A DNA stretch of 64,000 nucleotides, from positions 55,404-119,403 of the forward strand of contig CAVWCX010000034.1 of the NCBI GenBank assembly GCA_963753595.1, written 5' to 3'. The stretch is from Candidatus Methanoperedenaceae archaeon (lineage in GTDB: Archaea > Halobacteriota > Methanosarcinia > Methanosarcinales > Methanoperedenaceae). Position numbers and translations under genes: made by a program. The notes beneath the pieces were generated by a model. The model was not told the origin of the DNA, searched no databases, and was given only the letters and a program-made list of their open reading frames with translations. This document shows positions 40,337 through 50,417 of this stretch, one piece after another; position 1 is the stretch's first letter, and every line of letters begins with the position of its first letter.

Positions 40337-42524
40337 TCATAATTTTTTGTTGGTTTTTGAGGCGTTCTTTCTTATATCATTAAAAAAGTTCATAAGTGAA
40401 TACTTAACGCGTTCAGGTTCCACATCTATGATCTCTGCTCTTTCTTCTTCAGGGAAGAATTTGAAAACCGAATATTTTCCATAACGCTTACCTGATGTTG
40501 ATGTATAACGCCCGTCAAGTAGCACACGCGCTCCATGATCATCTGGTGAGCGAACCACACGTCCCAGCGCCTGCCGCACCTTCCTGATAGTCGGGATCTC
40601 GATGGCATATTCCCAGCCGTGCCCGAATTCTGCGTCATACGCGGATTCTACGGCGCGCGTCCTGTCATTCAATGCAGGATACCCAACACCCACAATGACC
40701 ACTGTCCTTCCCCTGCTATTTTTATAATCCACTCCCTCCGTTAGCGTTCCCCACATATAGGATATTAGCACGGCTTTCTTTCCCGATTCACCCAGCTTGA
40801 AAAATTCATCCCTTATTTGCTGCGCCGAAACTCCAACCTCATCAAGGAATACCGGATAATCGCATTTTATACGGTTCTTATACTGGGTGGCTTCATAAAA
40901 GCTCGGGAAAAATATTATCACGTTCCCGTCAGATTGTTCAATTATATCAGTAAGGACTTTTGTGATAACCTCTTTTGTCTGGGGGCTGTCCCTGTCCTTT
41001 GAAAATAAAGCAGGAACAGATACTGCTATAGTAAGGCGCTTTTCTTTTGGAAAAGTCAGGCCGAAGGATAATTCACACGTTGGCCGTGAAATTCCAAGCG
41101 TAGCTTTAATTGTTTCAAAAGGCGCAAGTGTTGCTGACATAAGGATAGCCGCAGTGCACTGAATTAAATAATGGTGCTGTGACATTTTTAGGGATGCAGG
41201 TGAATAATTCAAGCCTTCCTGATATCTCGGAATTCTGGCGCTTTACATTCAGGATCGGATAATAGCTTTTATCTTTTGAGAATTTAACATAATCCGAAAG
41301 AAAGATCGCTGTGATCAGGCTGCTGCATATTTTTTTGATATGGCTTTTCCCTTCATTGAATTGTTTTTCATAATATGCATCAACAGTCAGTCCGAAACTC
41401 CTCAAACGTTCGATGGTCTCATCGAGCTTCTTGATTCCTGCCTTCTCAATAGCCAGCATCAGTTTTTCCCGGAACATATCAGTACGCTCCTGGGGATCTG
41501 CGATCCTTAAGTCATACCAGTCCCTGCCTATTCTTTCACGTTTGCCAAACTCCTTATCAAGAAGGATGTTATATGTCGATCGTATAGTATCAAGAAGGAC
41601 CTGAAGCAGGATTTGAACATCCAATGAAACAGAAGCTGCTTCGTTCCCTTCTACCTCATCAAGCGCTCTTTTTAAGGTAAATTCGGTGAGCGTCATGGAT
41701 GAATGAGAACGTGCCGCTGATTCAATATTGTGAGCTTCGTCAAAGATCATGATAACATCGGCAAGGCCTTTATCCAGCCATCCAAGGACGTTCGTTCGGA
41801 TATCCTCATTAAGAAAATGATGGTAATTGCATATCAAAAGGTCGGCTTCTTTCATGTAGCGTTTTAGCAGTTCATACCCGCACGCATCATTTGATAAAGC
41901 CCATTCTGCCACCTCTTCAGGCGTGCGCACACCACCGAATAGCCACCCGCGGAAATTATCGGTGTCGCTTTTAAGTAATTTATGAAGATAATCACATGAG
42001 TTTTTCCTTATATCATGGAGCTGCCTTTCTTCCTTATCAAATTCCTGGCTCAATTCCCTTTGAAGCTGTATCAGGGTCGCATCTTTATCCCGTTTAATCT
42101 TGTCCCTGACAGACTGCATTTCAGTTTTCAATTGCCCGACATCTTTTTCCTGTTCAAGCATTTTATATGTATTATCCCTTAGCAAACTGCATGTGTCATA
42201 ATCCATATCAGGCTTCGGGCACATCAGCATTTTACCTTTAAGAACTACAACTTTTATGTCGGTCCGTTTTTTTATTTCCCTTGCCTCTTCAATGAATTGC
42301 GCCATCTGCTGGTGGACATTTGTGGCAATAATTACTGTTTTTTTTTCGGTTTTCCCGATTTGAAGCGCAGGAGCAAGAGAACTCAGGGTTTTACCGGTGC
42401 CGCAGGCCCCTTCGAATAAAACCACCTGTTTTTTTATCAACGCATCATGAATTGCCTGCATCGCTTCCAGTTGATTCGGGTAGCATGATTTTTTTGGAAA
42501 ATAGCGAAGGTAGTCCTGTTTCAT
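40337..42524 (-). pseudogene. XPD/Rad3/DinG-family ATP-dependent DNA helicase split by a 1-nt frameshift near 41155
   Basis: 5' ORF: GACGTGKT, Fe-S Cys residues, IFDEAHN. 3' ORF: ILMSATL, FFPSF, EGVDY, QALGRVVR. Junction TCA GTG CAC T GCG GCT ATC CTT ATG TCA GCA ACA has one extra base. Confidence 0.8.
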
Positions 42525-42601
42525 CGGCGACCATAGGATTCGATATAATATAAACAGTACGATTAACTGGAAAGAATCTGAAAATTTATGGTTTTTGTTC
42601 C

Positions 42602-42749
42602 CGCAAAGTCGGCCATAAACTTTGGTTCATAAATGAACCTGAAAAAAACAACGAACAAATACGAACACGAACGAACTCCGGCGCGTGAGTTCGTATCAGT
42701 TCGTAAGAGTTAGTTGTTTCGTTTTTCCCTTCTTACCAGTAAGCAAAGG
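42602..42749 (-). repeat. Dispersed palindromic ACGAAC repeat, copy C (reverse orientation, near full length)
   Basis: cgcaaagtcggcc...ggttcataaatgaac...acaacgaac...acgaactccggcgcgtgagttcgtatcagttcgtaagagttagttgt is the reverse complement of copy D. Confidence 0.88.
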
Positions 42750-42778
42750 AATGGAATCCTGTCATCATTAGCGGTTTC

Positions 42779-43327
42779 CTAATGGAGATTCTGATTTTTA
42801 TTTATCATCCCCTCCATGCGCCCTGAAATAACAGCAGGAACAGCCCCTATTGCCGTACAGGTTTCAAGTGATACACCTTTTGAAGTAATATCTATATGAT
42901 ATTGCGCCATTTCAAATAAGTCAGGCGGGAGCCCTTTATGCCCTAATCCTATAAGGAAAAGAAATGATTTCTTCCTTATTATTTGTTCAACAAGTGCAGG
43001 GAGCCCAATCTCTTTTTTCTTGTCAGGATGTGACGTTGTTACAACAGGTGAGCCAAACTGGGGCTGGAATCCTTTATCGGGCAGGTCAAATACGAAGAAC
43101 CTGCCCGTTCCAAAAAGCTCTGCAAGATATTTCCCTCCGCCTCCGATAGTTGTTTTGTCTTTAACGAAATTCACAAGTTCTTCTGCATTCATCTTGAAAG
43201 GGTAATCAAAAAGCGCAAGATTGAATCCGAAAGCATAAGCGATAGGCGCTGCCCTGGCAATACTTCGGTAATGGGCTTCATGGATCTTTATTTTATCATA
43301 GGTATTCACAATTCCAAGCGTTAGCAT
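42779..43327 (-). CDS. DUF531 family (SPOUT-like) protein
   Basis: NTYD....HEAHYRSIARAAPI, IGLGHKGLP, SLETCTAIG. Confidence 0.8.
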   Translation of the reverse strand: MLTLGIVNTYDKIKIHEAHYRSIARAAPIAYAFGFNLALFDYPFKMNAEELVNFVKDKTTIGGGGKYLAELFGTGRFFVFDLPDKGFQPQFGSPVVTTSHPDKKKEIGLPALVEQIIRKKSFLFLIGLGHKGLPPDLFEMAQYHIDITSKGVSLETCTAIGAVPAVISGRMEGMINKNQNLH

Positions 43328-43413
43328 ACTCGATTATAATGTGAGGTAATATGATAAAATTGATTAATAGGATTGTCTTATTGTTAATAACAAAATCAAA
43401 ATACTAGAAAGTC

Positions 43414-45054
43414 ATGCATAATCTAACAATGCTTCCAAAAAACAAAAATTTCTTTTTTGTAAAAGTAGCTGCGGTCTTGATATTATTATTGATGGCATTT
43501 TCAGCCGGGGCTGTTAATAATAAAACTTCTCCCCGGGTTGAATCACTCATGCTGACCCATGAGAAAGTGCCAGTGATAATACTGCTCAAAGATAAACCTG
43601 TGATAACATCTGGATCAAAAGAATTGACAATAGATTCAATGAAAAAGCATGCATCAGCCAGTCAAAAGCCGCTTGTTGATATATTGAATGATGAAAAGGT
43701 GAAGGGAAAGGCCGATAAAATAAAGCAATTCTGGATCGTTAATGCGATAGCTGTGAACGCATCGCCCGGGATAATCACGGCTCTTTCAATAAGGGATGAT
43801 GTTGAAAGTATAGAATTTGATTCCGAACTTCATATACTTGAAAGTCCCTCGATCCAGGTCACACAGGGCCAGATAGACAGGGCAACAAATGCAATAAAAC
43901 AAATCAACGCAACAAATGCCTGGGAATCCGGGATTGACGGAACGGGAATAAACGTTTCTGTTCTCGATACGGGGATATACGCCGCGCATCCTGATATCGC
44001 GGGAAGGATCATAAAAGGATACGATTTTGCAAATAAAGATAACGACCCTGCGGATGACAGCGGTCACGGTACACACGTTGCAGGGACTGTTGGAGGGAAT
44101 GGAGCTGGCGGGACGACGACGGGTGTGGCTCCGAATGTGAGTTTGCTCATTGCCAAAGTATGTGGCAGTAGTGGGTGGTGTCTTAACAGGGATATAGTAG
44201 ATGCGATACAATGGTCGGTTGAAAATGACGCCGATATAATCAGCATATCGCTCGGAGAAACTACCCGCTCAATACCGATAGGTTCAGCGGTCAATAATGC
44301 AGTAAGTATGGGAGTCGTGGTGGTAGCGGCAGCAGGGAACGATGGTCCAGGTGCCGGAACAATAAATTATCCTGGGGGAGAAAAAAATGTAATTGCAGCC
44401 GGAGCTGTTGATGGCTCTGATATTATAGCATATTTTAGCAGCAGGGGGCCTATCACAGTAGATGGGGAGGTTTTAACAAAACCTGATGTCAGCGCACCCG
44501 GAGTAAATATAAATTCATTATCTTATACTTCGTCAGGATATACCGGATATACATGGAGCGGCACATCAATGGCAACTCCCCATGTATCCGGGGCCGCAGC
44601 TTTGCTTTTACAGGCCGCAAGACAACTTGGGACAACCCTGTCGCCATTGCAGGTAATAAGCATACTTGAAAATTCATCATTAGATCTGGGAACTGCAGGA
44701 AAAGATAATTCATATGGTTCAGGCAGGATCGATGTATTTGCAGCGATAAACTCACTGGCTCCGCCTCCTATGGGTTTCATAAACGGTACGGTGATGGACA
44801 GTGTCGATAAAACGGGTATCGCAGGAGTGCTGGTATCCACCAATACCAGCATATCAACAATGACTAATGCAACCGGATTCTATTCGTTTGCCCTTACCTC
44901 AGGTACATATGATCTCACGGCGGCGTTCCCGCCGACATATTATGAAAATAGTACGATCAGGGTAACGACAATAATAAGCGGCGTAGTTGTGCAGGATATT
45001 GATTTTTTGAAGAAGCCAACAAGTAATATTAGCGGCAGGGTCAAGCAAGTCTGA
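43414..45054 (+). CDS. Secreted subtilisin-like S8 peptidase with I9 prodomain and C-terminal carboxypeptidase-regulatory-like domain
   Basis: Catalytic triad VLDTG, GHGTHVAG, SGTSMATPH; AAAGN oxyanion motif. Confidence 0.93.
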   Translation: MHNLTMLPKNKNFFFVKVAAVLILLLMAFSAGAVNNKTSPRVESLMLTHEKVPVIILLKDKPVITSGSKELTIDSMKKHASASQKPLVDILNDEKVKGKADKIKQFWIVNAIAVNASPGIITALSIRDDVESIEFDSELHILESPSIQVTQGQIDRATNAIKQINATNAWESGIDGTGINVSVLDTGIYAAHPDIAGRIIKGYDFANKDNDPADDSGHGTHVAGTVGGNGAGGTTTGVAPNVSLLIAKVCGSSGWCLNRDIVDAIQWSVENDADIISISLGETTRSIPIGSAVNNAVSMGVVVVAAAGNDGPGAGTINYPGGEKNVIAAGAVDGSDIIAYFSSRGPITVDGEVLTKPDVSAPGVNINSLSYTSSGYTGYTWSGTSMATPHVSGAAALLLQAARQLGTTLSPLQVISILENSSLDLGTAGKDNSYGSGRIDVFAAINSLAPPPMGFINGTVMDSVDKTGIAGVLVSTNTSISTMTNATGFYSFALTSGTYDLTAAFPPTYYENSTIRVTTIISGVVVQDIDFLKKPTSNISGRVKQV

Positions 45055-45138
45055 AATTGATAAATTTATGATTTATCTATGAAATATGAGCCTGACAAAA
45101 TTACTATCTAGATTTTGCAAGAAAATTGCATTTATTCA

Positions 45139-45463
45139 GACAGGATTAACAGGATCGACAGGATTTAGTCATCCTGTTTTTCCAATATAATCCGTAACTT
45201 TGCACCCTTTACGTTCTAGTATGAAAAAAATTTACAACTAACTTGTACGAACTGATACGAACTCACGCGCCGGAGTTCGTTTTAGTTCGTTGTTTATTTC
45301 ATGTTCATTTATGAACCACAATTCAGGGCCGACTTTGCGATGAGATAAAGTTGATATAAAAAGGAAAGTGAGGGTTTTATAATATGAATAATCGCATTTA
45401 TTTTGAAAGGATTATCAGGATAACTCGGCAAAATCGTATCCTGTCGATCCTGTTAATCCTGTC
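45139..45463. repeat. Perfect 26-bp inverted repeat (gacaggattaacaggatcgacaggat) enclosing ACGAAC repeat copy D
   Basis: 45139-45164 is the exact reverse complement of 45438-45463; each arm has a 9-bp CAGGAT period. Confidence 0.9.
45198..45340 (+). repeat. Dispersed palindromic ACGAAC repeat, copy D (~140 bp)
   Basis: ctttgc...tatgaaaaaaatttacaactaacttgtacgaactgatacgaactcacgcgccggagttcgttttagttcgttgttt...gttcatttatgaacc...ggccgactttgcga. Confidence 0.9.
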
Positions 45464-45606
45464 AAATGACGTCGAACGTTATGGATTGGAAGAAAAGAAT
45501 CTAATTATGATGAAATTATGTGTGAAATATGGTCGGCATCACTAAAACGATAACTATTTACTGCCCCGTTACTTAGAAGAATAAACAAAAATAAGAGTGT
45601 CAGAGC

Positions 45607-46497
45607 ATGAACCTTAAAGATTTTCTTTCCAAAAATAACACTGATCCGAAATTATCAGAATTGATACTTTTTTTTGCACAGAATGGACTTACAATAAAGA
45701 GCGGATTCCTGAAAAGCCAGAATAAGGCAGGCACACATAACATCTATGGCGAAGAGCAGATGGCTCTGGATAAATGGGCAGATGAAGTCCTCATAAACGG
45801 ATTGAAGAAAACAAGGCTGGTGCGCTATATAGCAACAGAAGAGCAGCCCGGTATCATTGAGATCGATAACCCGAAGAACCAGTTCGGTGTTGTCATTGAT
45901 CCTCTTGACGGTTCTTCACTGATCGATGTGAATCTTGCTGTCGGGACAATTATCGGCATCTATCCGGGAACTGTCCTTGATATGGGTAAGAACATGATCG
46001 CTGCCATGTATATTCTATACGGGCCGCTTACAACGCTTACTTTTACAGCAGGCAATGGCGTGCATGATTTCGTAATGGATGAAAAAGGCGAATTCCACCT
46101 GACAGCGGAAAATATCAAGATGCCTGACGGGAAAATATACGCACCCGGCGCTCTTCGCAAGGATTACCTGCCAGCGCATTCAAAGTTCATTACAGGTCTT
46201 GAGAACGACGGCTATAAACTGCGATTTAGCGGCTCTTTTGTGGCTGACATGCACCAGATACTCCACAAAGGAGGCGTGTTTACATATCCTGCCATTAAAG
46301 GAAAAGAAAAAGGAAAGCTGCGCCTCCTTTTTGAGGCAAACCCCATGGGGAAGATAGTTTCAGAAGCGGGTGGCATGATAAGTAATGGGAGAAGAGATAT
46401 CCTGTCTATCAAGCCGGATGTTATTGATTACATCACTCCTGTCTATGCGGGTGGGAAAAAGGAAATTGATTTGATCGAAAAATACATGCGGGAATAG
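45607..46497 (+). CDS. fbp: Fructose-1,6-bisphosphatase class I
   Basis: [50 protein letters not shown]. Confidence 0.95.
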   Translation: MNLKDFLSKNNTDPKLSELILFFAQNGLTIKSGFLKSQNKAGTHNIYGEEQMALDKWADEVLINGLKKTRLVRYIATEEQPGIIEIDNPKNQFGVVIDPLDGSSLIDVNLAVGTIIGIYPGTVLDMGKNMIAAMYILYGPLTTLTFTAGNGVHDFVMDEKGEFHLTAENIKMPDGKIYAPGALRKDYLPAHSKFITGLENDGYKLRFSGSFVADMHQILHKGGVFTYPAIKGKEKGKLRLLFEANPMGKIVSEAGGMISNGRRDILSIKPDVIDYITPVYAGGKKEIDLIEKYMRE

Positions 46498-46504
46498 GAT
46501 TTCA

Positions 46505-46948
46505 TTATTTTACGTTTATGGTCAAAATCGCTGGCTCACCACGCATCGGTTTGAAATACAACCCAATTCTATAATTCCCGGTGGTATTGAAAAGATAGCT
46601 ATTTCTTGTACGGAGAACCATTTCGGGTATCTTCTTATCCATTTCAACAAGTGTATAGTCGCTATCCATCTTATTCGACCAGAAAACCATATCTCCCGCA
46701 TTTATAGTGATATCCGCAGGATAGTACTTGTCATCCTTAACAATAATTGTTACATTCTTTCCAGTAGGAGTTGCCGCGACATAAGGCGTTGGTTCTGGAG
46801 TGGGTGTCACTATTGCTGGAGTTGGTGTGGGCGTTGGAATCGTTGTTTCCGGTGTCTGCTGTGGTGCAGGTCCCGTCGTAGTTGATGTGGTACACCCGCT
46901 TATTAATACAGCTATTACTAAAAGTCCAATAAATAATGTCTTTTTCAT
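46505..46948 (-). CDS. Lipoprotein with P/T linker and cupredoxin-like domain lacking obvious Cu ligands
   Basis: LISGC lipobox, PT repeats, YYPADITINAGDMVFWSN, FNTTGNY; no C-terminal Cys/His. Confidence 0.7.
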   Translation of the reverse strand: MKKTLFIGLLVIAVLISGCTTSTTTGPAPQQTPETTIPTPTPTPAIVTPTPEPTPYVAATPTGKNVTIIVKDDKYYPADITINAGDMVFWSNKMDSDYTLVEMDKKIPEMVLRTRNSYLFNTTGNYRIGLYFKPMRGEPAILTINVK

Positions 46949-47040
46949 GTTAATCTCCCGTGAAGGATGTATAATCCCGTTCTGGATACATAACTTACTT
47001 ACTATTTATCATTTATGGATTAATTAATTTAGCATATGTA

Positions 47041-47320
47041 GGGACAATCATCGGCATCTATCCGGGATTTCGTAATGGATGAAAAAGGCGAATTCCACCT
47101 GACAGCGGAAAATATTATGATGCCTGATGGGAAAATATACGCACCCGGCGCTCTTCGCAAGGATTATCTGCCAGCGAATTCAAAGTTCATTACAGGTCTT
47201 GAAATGGGAGAAGAGATATCCTGCCTATCAAGCCAGATGTTAGTGATTAAATCACTCCCATCTATGCGGGTGGGAAAAAGGAAATTGGTTTGATCTAAAA
47301 ATACATGCGGGAATAGGATT
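47041..47320 (+). pseudogene. Degenerate duplicate of the fbp 3' half with two internal deletions
   Basis: Matches 45943-45969 + 46068-46202 + 46384-46501 with scattered substitutions and in-frame stops. Confidence 0.88.
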
Positions 47321-47401
47321 GAACGTGACAGTCGCTAATCGTTTTAGGGAGTTGCCCTAATGCGCAACACCTTATATGGGGTTATGGTTGATTGTAGTCA
47401 C

Positions 47402-48253
47402 CTATATACCAACCACATGCCAACCCGTTCCATTACAAATTTTGCATTTAATCCATGTCTTCACAAAAATAGAATTATTTCTATCTATTCTTTCCCCCTT
47501 CCCTTTACAGCCCCCACATAGTTCAAGCTTCTCTCCCCTTGAAAGATTAAATTCGACCCGACCATTTCCTCCACAAATTTTGCATTCAATCCATGTATTC
47601 ATAAACATAGAATTATTTTTATCTATTCTTTCCCCTTTTCCTCCACAGCGCCCGCATTCTACGCGCACTTTTTTGATGAGGGCAACGCTTTGATTATTAT
47701 CAGAATTCGAAGATTTAACTTGAACTTCTTTAATTTTTGAGGTCAATGATATCATTATCTCTTCAATAGAATCGAAAGTATCTCGCCAAGGAACATGCGG
47801 TTTTTCATGCATTAAGCTGTCATAGAATTCATAAATTCTTGGTTCACTATACCATTCAATTATTTTTCTTTGACTTTCATCTTTGATCTTTCTGTATATC
47901 GCAGATTCATTCTCTGCTTTTTTACGTATAAAAATACAAATCGATTTACCTTTTTTTCTTGCACACCAGTATTCTGCTTCGGAGATTGGTAAACCAAATA
48001 AATCCTGATAGGGTGAGCCTTCTCTCCTTTTATAAGGCAAACCAGCTCTTTTATCCAAAATTATTACAAAAAAATCGCATTCTTCTGCAACTTTGAGGCA
48101 ATTCGTCATCGCATCTAGATGGCGATTTGTAGGAAAGTCAGCCTTTTCGCTGAACCATGGTGTGTGCCCCAATTCTTTCAGACGACGATAAAGCTCGTCT
48201 CTTAAATCCTCTAAACCTTTGATGGTACTGCTGACAAATATTTTCATAATCAA
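47402..48253 (-). CDS. DUF4062 domain protein fused to a duplicated DnaJ-type CxxCxGxG zinc finger (ATG 48247 probable start)
   Basis: KIFVSSTIKGLEDLR...CLKVAEECDFFVIIL...SEAEYWCA; C-terminal CGRCGGKG, CKICGGNG, CGGCKGKG, CKICNGTG. Confidence 0.8.
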   Translation of the reverse strand: MIMKIFVSSTIKGLEDLRDELYRRLKELGHTPWFSEKADFPTNRHLDAMTNCLKVAEECDFFVIILDKRAGLPYKRREGSPYQDLFGLPISEAEYWCARKKGKSICIFIRKKAENESAIYRKIKDESQRKIIEWYSEPRIYEFYDSLMHEKPHVPWRDTFDSIEEIMISLTSKIKEVQVKSSNSDNNQSVALIKKVRVECGRCGGKGERIDKNNSMFMNTWIECKICGGNGRVEFNLSRGEKLELCGGCKGKGERIDRNNSIFVKTWIKCKICNGTGWHVVGI

Positions 48254-48265
48254 ATGCTTACCTAA

Positions 48266-49563
48266 GGCAATACCTAAAAATAAATTAGTAAATTATATAA
48301 TCTAAGCCATCATATATAGTGGCATGGATACTAACAAGGAGTACACATGGTGGCTAAAAGCCCTATCAGGAGCGGATGAAGTTCAAGCAAGACGTTTTGC
48401 AGGAGCCATAGCACTTGAAATTGGGTGGGGTGGAGTCTCAAAAGTTGAAGAATTAACAGGCATGTCCCATTCGACTATCCATAAAGGGATAGAGGAACTC
48501 AAAACGTCAGAGAAACTTAAACCTCCAGAAAGACTTCGAGCACTTGGAGGAGGAAGAAAAAAGGTAGAAATAAAAGATCCCGAAATAATTGGAGATCTTG
48601 AAAAAATAATGGATGAAAACACCTCAGGCGACCCAATGAGCCTGCTGAAATGGACAAACAAATCAACCTACAAGATCGCTGATGAATTGAAAAAGCTAAA
48701 ACATAAAATCGATCCAGATACAGTAGGACGTTTATTGAAGGAAAACGATTACTCGCTTCAGGCCAATAAGAAAAACATCGAAGGTTCTTCAGTTCCCGAA
48801 AGAGATGCCCAGTTCAGGTATATAAACGAAAAAGCTAAAGAATTTATAAATCAGGAGTATCCCGTAATATCAGTTGATGCAAAAAAGAAAGAAAATGTAG
48901 GAGAATTCAAAAATCCTGGAAGAACATGGGAGAAAAAAGGCAAGGCAAAAGAAGTAAATGTGTATGATTTTCCTTCACTTGGGATTGGAAGGGCGACACC
49001 ATATGGGATTTATGATCTTAAGAGAAATGAAGGAATGGTAAATGTGGGAATGAGTTATGATACGTCCGAATTTGCCGTTGAAAGCATAAGGCAATGGTGG
49101 CTTATGTTTGGAAGAAATAATTATCCAGATGCAAAAGGTCTGATGATATGTGCAGATGGTGGGGGGAGCAATGGAAGTCGCAATAAAGGCTGGAAATTTC
49201 ATTTACAAGAATTGGTGAACCAAATAAAAATACCTATTACCGTATGCCATTACCCTCCTGGGACAAGCAAATGGAACAAGATAGAACATCGCATGTTCTC
49301 ATTCATTACAATGAATTGGAAGGGGAAACCGCTCGTTAGTTTTGAAACAATTATTGAACTGATCAGTGGCACAAAGACAAACAAAGGTCTTACTGTGGCA
49401 TCGCTATTAGATGAAAAGGAATATAATAAAGGAGTTAAATTCTCTGATGAAGATATGGCAAGATTGAAGATAGAATACCATTCTTTACACCCAAAATGGA
49501 ATTATTCTCTTTCCCCAAAAGAGGAAGGGAATTAATTTAGATAAGTTATTTTTCGGCAATCCC
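48266..49563 (+). mobile_element. ISAzo13-family insertion sequence (1298 bp)
   Basis: IRL ggcaatacctaaaaataaatta vs IRR(rc) gggattgccgaaaaataactta match 17/22; TAA direct repeats at 48263-48265 and 49564-49566. Confidence 0.8.
48324..49535 (+). CDS. ISAzo13-family (Rhodopirellula-type) DDE transposase
   Basis: GDPMSLLKWTNKS, YSLQANKK, RDAQF, ISVDAKKKE, ADGGGSNG, HYPPGTSKWNKIEHRMFS, WNYS. Confidence 0.95.
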   Translation: MDTNKEYTWWLKALSGADEVQARRFAGAIALEIGWGGVSKVEELTGMSHSTIHKGIEELKTSEKLKPPERLRALGGGRKKVEIKDPEIIGDLEKIMDENTSGDPMSLLKWTNKSTYKIADELKKLKHKIDPDTVGRLLKENDYSLQANKKNIEGSSVPERDAQFRYINEKAKEFINQEYPVISVDAKKKENVGEFKNPGRTWEKKGKAKEVNVYDFPSLGIGRATPYGIYDLKRNEGMVNVGMSYDTSEFAVESIRQWWLMFGRNNYPDAKGLMICADGGGSNGSRNKGWKFHLQELVNQIKIPITVCHYPPGTSKWNKIEHRMFSFITMNWKGKPLVSFETIIELISGTKTNKGLTVASLLDEKEYNKGVKFSDEDMARLKIEYHSLHPKWNYSLSPKEEGN

Positions 49564-49652
49564 TAAGTACGTATCTGATAAATACTCTTATTCATATAAT
49601 TTCGTGTCCCTCTTCAATTGGAAAAAGCCCAAATAACAGAAGAACTACACCA

Positions 49653-50417
49653 TCATTTTTCCACTACTACAAGGTGATAATAACCCAAACTATTGAATGG
49701 GTAATACCATCTTACTGCATCTTCAAAACGAATGAACATTTTTTCATGCAATAATAATTTCTTTGGATTAAACGGGTATATCAAGAGCAATAAACTTCCG
49801 ATTCTTACTTTTAACCCTGTATCCTCAAGTCTTTTTATCATCTCCCCTCTTGAAAAATAATACGTCCACAATCCATTCACTACATACTCTTTACTTCTCA
49901 GGGAAGAAATTATCCAGCTTCCTTTACATTTTATAAAAGCATTGACCCACCATGTCAGGTTCCACCTGTTAACCACTGTAAATATCCCCTGTCCGCCAGT
50001 TTGTAAAACCCTGGATGTCTCCTGGAAGGCAGTATCGACATTTGGAATATGATTAAATATCCCGAAGATGGAAATTATGCCGTCAAAGCTTTTATCTCGA
50101 AACGGGAGAAATTCAGCTGATGCAATAACAAAAGACAAATTATCCCTGAAATTTGCATTTTTTATCCTTTCTTTCGCTATTTTGATCATTTCTTTAGAAA
50201 TATCAACTCCCAATATCCGATATCCTTTTTCAGCCAGGAACAAAGATTGCTCTCCTGTCCCGCAGCCGATATCAAGTATCAATCCCATCTTCAGGCTATC
50301 AAGAAGAACAATTTTCTCTACAGACCTCATATAATTGATCCGTGGATTATCAAATCTGTGATCATAGTCACTGGACAGATTATCGTAATGTTTTAATACA
50401 CTTCTTCTTATGGACAT
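49653..50417 (-). CDS. Class I SAM-dependent methyltransferase
   Basis: ILDIGCGTG, GVDISKEMI, AEFLPFRDKSFD; overlaps the RFAP synthase stop. Confidence 0.9.
   Translation of the reverse strand: MSIRRSVLKHYDNLSSDYDHRFDNPRINYMRSVEKIVLLDSLKMGLILDIGCGTGEQSLFLAEKGYRILGVDISKEMIKIAKERIKNANFRDNLSFVIASAEFLPFRDKSFDGIISIFGIFNHIPNVDTAFQETSRVLQTGGQGIFTVVNRWNLTWWVNAFIKCKGSWIISSLRSKEYVVNGLWTYYFSRGEMIKRLEDTGLKVRIGSLLLLIYPFNPKKLLLHEKMFIRFEDAVRWYYPFNSLGYYHLVVVEK

Noticed and set aside
47075-47293. 72-aa ORF as a real gene
   Set aside because: It is the in-frame part of the decayed fbp duplicate
47344-47360. ttagggagttgccctaa as an alternative IS left end making a composite element carrying DUF4062
   Set aside because: The match is short, and a better inverted repeat with a TAA duplication is at 48266; not fully excluded
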